Assembly: GCA_046563655.1 (NCBI GenBank)
Contig: CM102286.1
Coordinates: forward strand, 11,160,001 to 11,224,000
Direction of reading: 5' to 3'
From: Yuukianura sp. NJ FZ-2021
Lineage: Eukaryota
DNA length: 64,000 nt
Shown: piece after piece, positions 21,645-33,389 of the stretch
Layout: every line of letters starts with the position of its first letter
Position numbering within the stretch: position 1 is the stretch's first letter
Program-made: the position numbers and the translations under genes
Notes under the pieces: generated by a model
Told to the model about the DNA's origin: nothing
Database searches by the model: none
Seen by the model: only the letters and a program-made list of their open reading frames with translations

Positions 21645-21930
21645 GTCCCAATCCCATAATCATGGAAATTGTGGAGAGGTGCACAACGCCATTGCCTGGA
21701 ATTACTTTTTAGAAATTCACCTGGATTGTCCTGTTAAAAAATGTAAGTTGAGTTATGAGACTTGGAACTTCAAATTATGACAAAGCCAATTGAGTGAAAG
21801 ACAATTGGAAAAAATATTGACAGAACAAATTCTCAGCTTCAACTTTTCGATTGTTACTTTAGAACAAAATTGTGTTAGTACTAAAAACCAAGTCGGGCGA
21901 TGGTCAAAGGTTGAGATTTGGCCTTCTTTG

Positions 21931-22077
21931 TGCGAAGTCCACTGCTCGTAATCATTTTACAGCTGATGTTCAAAGTGTCCGCGATCTCGGTGCGCGAAAT
22001 TCAACATTTACAACTTGGGGATCAGTTTTGAAAGCTAGAAAACATTTTGAAAACAGGTTGGTCCTCACTCAAATTCA
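21931..22077 (+). pseudogene. 3' continuation of the split gene-B pseudogene (rest of exon 1 plus start of intron 1)
   Basis: GCGAAGTCCACTGCTCGT..AATTCAACATTTACAACTTGGGGATCAGTT..GAAAACAGGTT.GTCCTCACTCA matches 26065-26223 and resumes where 6017 stops; it has a small deletion. Confidence 0.88.
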
Positions 22078-22169
22078 CAAGGTTGGTAAACTAGCACAGA
22101 CTGTTGATTCCTACAACAGGTTGGAGTTTAATACATATATATTCCGTATATATCTGCCATACGTGAGTA

Positions 22170-22260
22170 TATGTCTCACAAAAACATAAATCCCACTGGA
22201 ATTGTGCGATTGTACTTCCCTATGGGTGATAAAAAAATGGATTGTTAATTATTAATTGCT
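22170..22260 (+). pseudogene. Duplicated 3' tip of the Xi-GST gene (MSHKNINPTGIV) marking the duplication breakpoint
   Basis: ATGTCTCACAAAAACATAAATCCCACTGGAATTGT matches ~1655-1690, and the downstream intergenic DNA matches ~1725-1976. Confidence 0.82.
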
Positions 22261-22473
22261 TTTGCGCATTAATGGTATTTGTGGCGGCAAATTCAAAAAT
22301 TAGACGCTTCAAGAGTGTCCTTTAAATTCCTGATTGCGTTAGTCACTGCGTCATGCATGCCAGCAATAAATATTTGAAAAGAGTTAGCGTCTTGTTTCTT
22401 CACTGCTTGCATTGTGCAAGTGCAACTATAAGTCAACTAAGGAAGCTTCTGTGACTTTTAGATTCACAGAACA

Positions 22474-25400
22474 ATGACAATTTTTGAAATCTCCGAGTTG
22501 CAAAAACTTGTGTTTTTGATTTGTGTGTGCTATGTTTGCGTAAGTTGCGGTGCCGAAAATGAAGCGTTGGCTAAAAAGTATTCTGATTTGTTTGATCCGA
22601 GCACATTTTCTATGGTTAGCTCGAAAGTAAGCGGAAACAGTTTATCAAAAATTACTGAAGTGATTCGTAAAGAAATAGAGGTGATTCGTATTCTTGGTCC
22701 TCGGAATAATGCCACCTTTAGTACTTGGGGACCAGGCTCAAGTCACATGAAAGCAGTTACAAAACTTGAAAAACTTTTCAAAAATGGTAAGCATGATTTG
22801 TATAATTTACTAAAATTGATGAGCCTAAATTCAAAATTGGTTTGGAATTTTTGGTAAATGTCAGAGGCTGACCAGGACATCGACAAGATGCTTTTAATGG
22901 CCAAGGATTTGCGTGGAGTTGTGAATTCAAAAGTTTGGATTTCGGCGCTTCAGCGTGTTTCACTTCACGACAAAAGGCTGCAGGCAATTGAGCGACCGTC
23001 GGCGCTGGTAGCTATGCCAGATCTATTCCTACCAACCAAAGTGTTGCAAGAGGCCGAAGCAATTAAAAATGGCAAAGCATCTAAAGTAAAAAAAATATCG
23101 ATATTAGTTTATATTCTTTCGATGTTTAATTGCATTCGTTTTTTAATCAAACAAACGTTTTGTATTTTATTAGTCATGCGCAGTGTTCGACGAAACTGTA
23201 TGTCAGGGTGCAGGTGAAGCAGATAATAAACTATGGTACCTGAGAGAAGATCTTATGGCCAACTCGCATCACTGGGTAAATTCTTTCATAATTTGCATCG
23301 AACCGTATTCCACCTACGCAATGTGCTTTAATGTCAACTTTAACTACTAAATTGTTTGACATAATGTTAAAAGCACTACCATGTGTCCTATCCAATGGAT
23401 GATCCTATTCGTGGAAGGCCGGATAGACGCGGTGAAATATTTTACTTTATCCATCATGTTCAAATGGCTAGGTCTGTATCAATAATCTATATTTTAATAA
23501 AATAATTAATAATAAAATAATAATAATTATTAAAATAAAATTGACTTATTATAATGTACCAGTGCAATTAAATTAAACTATTTTTTAGGTATAAAACTGA
23601 GCGTTTTGCAAATGGATTGCCGGAGGTCAAATCTATCGACGTCGTTGAAAACACTGTAATTCCTGAACCATATGAAACTGGTTTAAATAACGACACTGCA
23701 GGTAAATTATGGGCGAAGAGGGAACCTAACGGAAAATTAGTGGTGAGTCAGTATAGATTTACGTTTATTTAAATTAAAAGAAATCGCAATTTTATAAATA
23801 ATAATTATAAATAGTACAAAAGAATAATTTTGTGTAATTTTAGGACGTACTTTACGATTACAATGACGATGACCCTTCAATTCCTTCGGGAACAAAGACT
23901 AAAACGCTTACCGTAAAAGAGTTGAGCACTTTTCATAAAAATCTAATCGAAGCCATCAAGAACGGATACTTGATTGACGTAAGGTTTCAAAATCAGCGGT
24001 TTAATTCAAAACATAGTAAGTTTTTATTAAAAATGCTTATTTTTCTTCAAGAAAAATGGAAGCCATATTCTACTAAACAATTCGAATGGAATTGACTGGC
24101 TAGCTGAAGCCCTAGAAAATACGGCATTCATGGAAATTAATCCAGCACTTTACGCGACATCTACTTTCGGATTTCACAATATAATTCACACTCATCTAGG
24201 TTTAATTGCGGATCCTATGAGGACATTAAAAGTAATTCAACAAAATGCATTTAAAAAATATTAACAAAAAATGTATGCTGGATCCTTTATTATGTAGCTT
24301 CCGCCTGGACCGCTTCTTCAAGCTGCCGTTTCGTTCCGTGATCCGTTGTTTTTTCGAATTCACAAAACAGTTGACGACTTGTTTACTTTGCACAAGGAAC
24401 GTCTACCTCCTTATGACCCACGAAATGTAAATGCAACCCTGTACCCTCTTTTAATTTGTTTATAAGATGTCTTCTAGAAGATGTTTAAACTTGACCAGGG
24501 TGAATTTTCACTGGGGTTTCCTGGAGTACAAGTCCAAGGAATTGAGATTGACACGAAGAATGGAAAGAACAATCAATTCGACACTTTCTGGGATTCGAAG
24601 GATATCAATTTACCGCATTTTGGCGCTGACTTTTCAGAGAGGGCTGCTGGAACAACCGGGCCCTTTCATATTTGCATCAAACACTTAAACCACGAACCGT
24701 TCAAGGTCAAGGTCAAAGTTGTAAGAATGAAGCATAAAGTTGTACAAAAGCTCCAAAACGAGACCTTCTTTATACAAAAAATTGTTTAATTTCTAAGAAT
24801 CGTCTTCCAGAGGCCAAAGTTGAGAAGGTCACTGTACGAGTCTACATGGCTCCTTCCGTCGATGGTTACGGAAGACAAATTCCAATTCAGGAACAGTTTC
24901 AATTGTTCTTTCCACTATTTGTCAAGCAAGGAGTTTCATGTAAGTGTAGCTGAAAACCTTTTTGAAAAGTATGTAAATATTATAATTATAAAATTTTATG
25001 TTTGGCTACGATAATTGTTTAAAATTAGTACAACCGGGAAGCAACACTATTACATTGGAAGATAAAGATTCCGACGTAACTGTTGAATGGCCCAGGTCAT
25101 TATCCACGGTGCAGAGAGACATGAAAGCAGTAAATGAAAAACCAATTTGTGGATGCGGATGGTAATAAAAATAGCAACAATATTTTTCCGTTAACAATTT
25201 GAAAACTATTGTATGAAAAATACGTGCCGCTAGGCCCCAGCATCTGATGCTTCCCAAAGGAACCGCAGCGGGACAGTTGTTTGACCTATTCGTAATGCTG
25301 ACAAACGGAGAAGAAGATAAAGTGACTGATGCAAAAGGTCGAGTGGCAGATTCAAATGAAATTGGTTGCAAACCTGCGCATGTCACTTGTGGAATTCCGG

Positions 25401-25616
25401 GTCAAAAGTACCCTGACAGGAAACCCATGGGTTACCCCTTTGACCGGAGACCTAACGTCAACGGAAGTTTGGAGTCATGGGCTGCTCAAGTTCCAAACAT
25501 GAAAATACTCCAAGTAAAAGTCAAAAAACTTCAAAATGTACAGCAACTCACCTAATATATTTCTCAAATTTTTTTTCCAAATTCAGGTAAAAATCAAATT
25601 CTCCGAGAAGCGCTAA
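22474..25616 (+). CDS. Secreted type-3 copper protein (copy A2), recent paralog of A1
   Basis: Same exon structure as A1. CuA ANSHHW|HYHVSYP...DRRGEIFYFIHH, CuB FHNIIH...DPLFFRIH; TAA at 25614-25616. Confidence 0.9.
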
Positions 25617-25884
25617 ACATTCTTCCTTTTCTTCATACTACAACTATGGTCTATTCTGACAGCTACTGTAAATACAATTTGAAAAGACGGAAGGCGGAAA
25701 CAAAATGATGAAATAGAATAAGCTGATGCTTATCCTTGAGAATTGTGAAATATGTATAACTTTAGCAGTGAATGTCTATATTGTTTCATAAAATAACAAT
25801 AGTGTTAATAAAACGTTGCATATAAAGTGTCTTGATTCAAAATTCATACAGTTCTGTCCGGAATTTGTTCGAAAACGCCGCACC

Positions 25885-28800
25885 ATGCCATTTCCTAAAA
25901 AATCTCAATTTCCAAGAATACCTTTCGTATTCATCTTGGTTATTTTGATTTCCATTTCATTTTGTGCTGAACTGGAGTTTGCGGATAGTTTGCAGAAAAA
26001 ATATGCCAATCTATTCGACCCCATTACATTTGTATACGACGAAGCAGGAGAGGGCAACTTCACGGCGAAGTTGACTGCTCGTGCTCATTTTAAAGCTGAA
26101 GTTCAATGTGTCCGCGACCTCGCTCCGCGAAATTCAACATTTACAACTTGGGGATCAGTTCATATGAAAGCTGTCGGAAAGCTAGAAAAGATTTTGAAAA
26201 CAGGTTAGTCCTCACTCAGATTCGGAAATTTGTTGAATTCTTTTAATACCTTTCTAAAAAACATCAGCGGCCGACAATGACTTAGACCAAATGTTCGAAA
26301 TGGCCAAGTTTTTGCGCGGAAAAGTCAACCCAAAAATCTGGATTTCAGCTCTCCAAAGGCTTTCAATTTTTGACGAAACCCTGCAGGCTCTTGAACTACC
26401 GTCATCGCTGGAACTAATGCCAGATCAGTTTTTTCCATCGCCAGTACTACGAGAAGCTGAAAATATTATAAAGACAGGAAGCGAAGTATAATGCACTAAT
26501 TTTTTATTTAGCCATTCAGGCCTATAATGAGTATTTGGCAATTTTTTATTTATACTTTTTTAAGTCTTGTGCAGTTCTAGACGAAAAGGCGTACCAAGGC
26601 GCAAGCGCAGAAGAAAACAGACTTTGGTATTTTCGGGAGGATTTGATGCAAAACGCGCAACACTGGGTATGTTTGTAACCTGAGAGTATTCAGAAGCGTA
26701 AACGTGCAAAATTAAAAACTCTATTTGCATCGGACCATAAAGCACTGGCATTTATCACATCCATTGGAGGACAGTATTCGTGGCAGACCAGATCGACGTG
26801 GTGAAGTATTTTACTACTTTCACCGTGTCCTACTCGCAAGGTCAATCTCAAATTTTATTTGACTTTACAACAGATTTTTGCATTTAAAATTTTAACAACT
26901 TTTCCTTTCAAAATTTTAAGTACAGTTTTTTCAGTGTGGTTTTTCTTTTATCAGATACAAGGCTGAGAGGATTGGAAATGCATTACCAGAAGTAAAAACA
27001 TTGAAACTCTCGAACAATATGAAAATTCCTGAAGGTTACCAAACTGGTCTTAAAGACGACACTGCAGGAATGTCTTGGACAAACAGAAAACCAAACATGA
27101 CCTGGGTTGTAAGCTCAACGTTATGCCGTTTATATTTATATTAAAATTACTGTAAAAGTAGGCATTGCACAATAATAATTATTGTAAAAAATGTTTTAAA
27201 TTTTGACTCACATAAGCTGCTAATGACATGTTGTAGGACGTAATGTACGACCTTAATGACGATTACCCTTCAGTTGAAGTTGGAACGCAGAGAACACCGC
27301 TTTTAACAGAAAACGCCCTTCTTTTCCGTCACAACATCTTACAAGCTATTAGCAACGGCTACCTCATTCACGTAATAATTAGTTACATTATGTAACTTCA
27401 TTTCAAAATAAACCTCATATCACTCTTGCACCCAGTTATGACAAAATGCAACATTTTATTTTCAAAATTATTTTAGAGTAACGGAACCCACATTCCGCTT
27501 GACAACACACAAGGAATAGACTGGTTGGGTGAAGTGATTGAAAATACAGGATTCAACGTAGTCAATCCAGAGCTTTACGGAGAAGCAACTTTTGGATTAC
27601 ACAATTCTCTCCATTGCCAACTTGGCTTAATCATGGATCCTACTAGAGAACTAAAAGTGCACTATTTTTTAATTCTCAAATTCTAAAATTGCACTATTTA
27701 ATTTTATTGTTTAATTAAATCAACTTTTTTTTTAATTTTTTAAATTTAATTTTTTTTAGCTTCCAGCCGGAGTGTTGAGCCAAGCCGCCACTGCAGTTAG
27801 AGATCCCATGTTTTTTAGAATTCATGAAACGCTTGAAGACATATTTGCGTCCCACAAAGCACGCCTACCTCCATATCAGCCCACAACAGTAATATATAAT
27901 CAACATTTTGAAAATTTAGGGCTAAATTATCTTTAAAAAACATCTTATACCTAACTAAGGGTGACTTCCCACTGGAGTTTTCTGGGATAGAAATCCAAGA
28001 GATTGGAGTTGAGTCAAAGAATGGAAAAGACGATCAATTCAATACGTTTTGGGACAGAAAAGAAATAATTCTTCCGCACCGTGGCGCTGATCTGTTGGAA
28101 ATTGGAAAACCCGGACCTTTCCATATTTGTGTCAAACATTTAAATCATGAAGCATTCAGTATCAAGGTCGTTGTTGTGAGACTCAAGTTCAAAATTTTTA
28201 AATTAAAGTTTTATTTATCGCACTCAAGCATATATTTTTAAGAACCGTGCTCCAGAGGTCAATTCTGAGAAGGTCACAATGCGAGTCTTCATGGCTCCTC
28301 GTCTCGACGTTAATGGAAAACAGATCGAGATTGAGGATCAATTTCAGCTTTTCTTTCCACTACTTTTCAAGCAAGGAGTTTCACGTAATTCACGCCCAAA
28401 GTTTTAAAAATAAAAAAATGTAGTTTATGGTGATTTGTTTCATTTCTTTCAGTACAACCCGGCATCAATACAATTTCATTGCACGAAGAGGATAATGACT
28501 TTACTGCTACTTGGCCACAGTCCTTATCTGCAATTGAAAGAGATGCAAACGCCATCAAAGAAAAACCACACTGTGGATGCGGATGGTATTGGAAATCAAA
28601 TAACAAATTTGAAATTTTAGTTTCTTCCAAAATTTTGAACACAGCTAAATTACCTTCAGGCCCCAACATCTCATTCTTCCAAAAGGTAACCTTGAAGGAC
28701 AATTGTTTGACTTGGTTGTGATGATTACGAAGATGGATTTCGGGATTAGAGAATCAGAAGAAGCTGGTTGCAAACCTGCTTATGTCACATGTGGAGTTCC

Positions 28801-28960
28801 GGGTCAAATGTACCCTGACAGGAGACCCATGGGTTACCCCTTTGACCGGAAACCTAACCTCAACGGAACTCTGGAGTCTTGGGCTGCCCAAGTTCCAAAT
28901 ATGAGATTACGACAAGTCAGAATCAAGTTTTCGGAAACACGGTGTACCTCAGTTGTTTAA
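25885..28960 (+). CDS. Secreted type-3 copper protein (copy B), older paralog
   Basis: Signal-like IPFVFILVILISISFCA. CuA NAQHW|HWHLSHP...DRRGEVFYYFH, CuB LHNSLH...RDPMFFRIH, CGCGW|PQHLILPKG, YPDRRPMGYPFDR. It lacks the last intron of A1/A2. Confidence 0.9.
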
Positions 28961-29032
28961 TTGTTAAAAAGGCTAGCAAGCTTCAAACAAAGCTGCGTTT
29001 CAATTGTGGCTGAATCCTGAAATAAATTATCA

Positions 29033-29200
29033 TTATTAATCAGCGAAAGCTACTTTATGTATCTAGTCTGCCTCTCCGTCAACATTTCCGAGATCTGTTT
29101 CCACTATTGAACGCACAAGATCCCGCAAATGTTCACTATTGGATATCATCCCTGTGGGTCAACCCCTTCCGGGTCAAGGTCAGCGTCGTGAGTCGTATAA
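29033..29200 (+). mobile_element. Degenerate family 2 HINE-like fragment
   Basis: TTATTAATCAGCGAAAGCTACTTTATG head, decayed microsatellite and CCGGGTCAAGGTCA motif. Confidence 0.55.
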
Positions 29201-29534
29201 TGAACGTGGAATTGTAAAAATAATCTGGCAGTAAATTCTGTTAAAATAGAAATTTAGCGTGCTTAAAACTGACCACGAAATTTGTACACTCTAAATTTGT
29301 ACACTAGAAGTTAGTAATTTTTCGAAGGTGTTAAATTTGCTCATCAAAGTGGGCCGATTCGGAAATTACTAGACATCATGATCATCATGTGTTTATTGGC
29401 CTCATTTCAAAAGCGGTGGGATTCTAACAAAAAGTGTGGGTGGTTGGTAGGTTGGTTAGGTTGTTTTTGAATTTTCAACAAAATAATTTTTAATAAACTG
29501 GTCACAGCTCCGACCGAAAAAACTAAGCATAATT

Positions 29535-31988
29535 TTAGATATACAGGTCAGTAATGTTGAACGAGTCCCAAAGGCGGATACGGTCATGAACTCCAAATGG
29601 TTCAAACATACGAGGTTCGTCGTTGATTTCAAACCATTTGAAGGGTATGGTGTCATCACTTCTGCGCAGTGATGTCCATTCGATTTCTTCGCCATATGTG
29701 GGGTTTCTATAAGAATTTAAAGCGTTTCAAAATACTTCAAGTTTGATTTTGAATAAAATCCGCCAAAGTTCCAAAAACTTACGCAGTTTTAGCAAAGTTG
29801 GCCCACATTCTAACGACATATTTTGAGATGTTGTAGTATTGGCTCTCTTTAGTTATAACCGGATACTTCTTGGTGGGAAAGAAAAGCTGCAAATCATCCG
29901 AATGCGAAGGTCCTTTTTTAAGAAAACAGATGAATGAATAAAATTAACGTATTGTTTTAAGAAAAAACTTCTTTTCTGGAATGCCATGATCTAGTCCTAC
30001 CAAATGGCAAGGATGACTCTCCCCACTGCTCTATATACGGAGTAGATAAACTCGGTACCAGTTCTTTTGAAAAGTAGTAAAGAAAAATGTGTCGCCCTCG
30101 TTGTCGCCTAGCATCAAGTTGGTCTCTGCCATAAACCGACATTGGATGAACAAACTCGCGATCACTGATTAAATTGGTTAAGTTTCGCAGCAAATAATCC
30201 TTAGGCAAAACGTATGGGGTGAAATAAAAGTCCCGCAGTGCCTGAGCGATGACTTCTGGATTCTGGGCATGTTCAAAATCCATCAGCTCTGCAACCATTT
30301 CATTCTTCTTCGCTTCGGAAGCTCCTCTATACGACGACTGGTTCATAGAAAGGAGGTAACCTAAAGTCAAGCAAAACTTCAAAACTGGCGTTACTTTCTT
30401 ATGTCCAAAAATTTAAACAGTTGCTCTTACTCATTGCTGTGTTTACATTCTCCGACGACGTAATTCCATGAATTGTTGGAACTGCATTGAACTTTCCCGC
30501 CTTGAGAAGTTTCAGTGGCTCATCAGGAAGCGCCGTATCCAGTTCAGGATTATCCGATTCAGGTTCAATTGTAATCATAAAGTTCAAATCCTTTGATGCC
30601 ATTGTTAGGACTTCGCCCGGAGTTTGGCGGAAACAGTCGACCAGTTCTTTTGAAGAGTTTGTTGAGCAATTGAGAATTTTAGCTAATTTCTCAGCCTCGC
30701 CGCGACCCGTAGCCATATTTCTGATTTTCAGCAAAGTTCCACTCTGCATAATTGTGCGATGAAACAAGCCTAAAAATAAATTATGAAAATCTAAATTAGA
30801 ACTTATAATATAACTCAAGTTGAGATTTAGGCTTTGAACGAAAAACCATAACCTTTGCTCATAGGAGAAAGTAGATGAGTGGAAACAAGCATGGCTCCAT
30901 AGCTTGTTCCATAAATTGTTACTCTCTGCATGTCACCTCCAAACTTTCCTATATTTTCCTGCACCCACCGCAACGCCATTACTTGGTCCTTAACTGCAAA
31001 GTTTCCTCGGGCTACGGAGTCTCCAGTGTTTAAATGTCCTTAAAAATTATTATTGTAAATAAAGTATTATAAATTGTATTACGATTTTGAATTAGGATTT
31101 TAGGACTTTCGCTCTCACCAAATACATGAAGTCGATGCTGTACCATGACGAGAACGACATCTTCGTCCATGAAGTATTCTGCTCCATACCGACTCGCATT
31201 TCCTGTACCAATACCTCCATGCATATAGAAAATTACTGGAAAACGATTTCCTGTATGCCCCAATTCATGTATCGTCTACAATATAATAAAAGTTTTGAAA
31301 ACGTCATCTTTCTTCCAATTTCGGCTAAAAAATTAATCTGACTTTATGTTTACGTTAATATCTCATACCTTCGGAGTGTAAATGTTTAGATATAAACAAT
31401 CTTCTGACCCTACAACGCTCGAATTTCCAGTTTCCTCATCATTGTACAGTTGCATACATTGGGATTTGAATTCCGTTGCTTCTAACGTTTCACTCCAAGG
31501 TTTTTCCAGTTTCTCCGGTGGCTAAACACAAGCGTAGTATTTGTTTTTATTACGTGAGTAAATTATTATGTGTATTACAATTGTTACATTTATGTAAGAA
31601 AAGATTTGGTTATATGAGAAGTTGTTGATTTTACCAAAAATCTAAGATCTCCAATTGGTGGTTTGGCGTATGGGATGCCAAGGAACGCCAAGTACTTCCG
31701 CCCTTCTCTGGATTCCAACTCTGTTCCTTTGATTTTGCCCAGGTCAATGGTCACAAGGATCTCATCATCACTAATTGCATTACTTCTTCCAAGTAGATTG
31801 TTGCCCTTGTTAATTCGACTTCCGCTTCTCGATAGTTGTGTAACAAGAACGACACCCACAAAACATAAGGTCACCACTGCTAGGCTTTTGGATATAAGTC
31901 GCCAAACGTCGCTTTGCAAGCACGTTCTTCGCGGTGAGGCAGGTAAAAGCTCTTCATAACTGTCCCTTCGCGAATTCAAGATTCCCAT
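29535..31988 (-). CDS. Type-B carboxylesterase 1 with N-terminal signal-anchor, multi-exon
   Basis: FLGIPYAKPPIGDLRF, GSEDCLYLNIYTP, GNFAVKDQVMALRWVQENI, nucleophile GTSYG, MQSG, GITSSE, SHSDDL, MWANFAKT. The last exon ends ITDLYI-stop. Confidence 0.9.
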
Positions 31989-32589
31989 TGTTTTGTATTT
32001 CCCCCAATAATTACCGGATAATCAACCACTGAACTTGACTGAAATACTACTGTTAAAAAAATTTAGGAGCTAAAATTAGGCTTAACTACTAGACTTGGGT
32101 TCCACACATGTAAATTTATGTTATGATTAACTCAAAAACTGAAGGTGAAGGTGCACTTCAACTAATCTAATCTAGCCGCGTCTAACAAACATTGTCGCAT
32201 CGCAATACGATATCATAGGCCAATGAACGACCTCGAAATGAATAGTTTTCGCAAATCATCAAAATTTTCGTATTTTTAACTGTTACACTGTTAGTATTTT
32301 GGAACTTAACAGAACAATATGCCTCCCCTGTTCAAGACAGTTTGGGCTTTAAGGATTTGCATGACTTCGTCATCAGAATTTCCCTATATAAATTTTGAAA
32401 AGTTGATTTTAAAAATTGACCCCTCTGGTCAGTCTCGATTTAACAACGGAATTAAACCAACTGTCAGAAAATGCAGCCGCTAACTTTGACATTGTTAACT
32501 TCAGACTATGAGTGCAATGTAGATCTACTGAAACACTTGAATCATAGATAACGTCCGGATGCGATGGGGCTGATGTTTCAGAGATATAC

Positions 32590-32715
32590 GTGACAGACGG
32601 ACAAAGTCCCATCAATAGTATTCTTCAGCACATAGTAAACATGCGTCTTGAGAAGACTAATATCAGCAATCTTCTTCAGCATGCCGTAGACATGCGTCTC
32701 CAGAAGACTAAAAAA
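32590..32715 (-). mobile_element. Family 1 HINE-like 5' end, duplicated head
   Basis: The reverse strand reads TTTTTAGTCTTCTGGAGACGCATGTCTACGGCATGCTGAAGAAGA, then a second diverged head and GTCCGTCTGTC, matching 8291 and 16222. Confidence 0.72.
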
Positions 32716-33389
32716 TAAAATGTGAAATAGTTTTGAAGTACAGGTAACTTTTATTCGTTGGTAAAGAATGTATTTCAGTCAATCTGAGAAGTCAAAACCG
32801 CCTAGTGTTTGCACTATAACCGCCGATAATACAACGAATGGCACTACCACGCTGTTTCTCACTTTAACGCCGTATACAGTGTGAAGTTAGTTTTGAAGTA
32901 CAGGCGACTCTTATTCGCTGTAAGGGTTAGACGTGGCCAACCTCGAGCTTGCCAATATTTGACTCTTTATCGAAAACAGTGTACACTATTTTGAGCCAAA
33001 ATGTTGAAAATGGACAAATGAACTCAAAATCTAATATACCTGCTCATGTTAGGTTGAAGTCGTCAACCCTTTTTATTCATTTAATTTTAACTGTGGTGGA
33101 CAGGGAATTATCAAAATAATCTGGCTGAAAATTCTTTTAAAACAGAAATTTAGCCGGTGTAAAATTGACCTGAAAATTCGTACACTCCATATGCTGAGAA
33201 TATTTTTTTGAATGTACAGTATTGTTCAGTATTGAACTGACTCATCTAAAATGGTCCGATTCGGAAACTATGAGTCATGGCATCTTTATTTTGCTGACTT
33301 AAAAATGGTGGGGTTCTAAACATACATTCTGTATTAAACTAATTTTGAATAAACTGATGAATGCCAGACGGGAGAAACTAAACATAATT

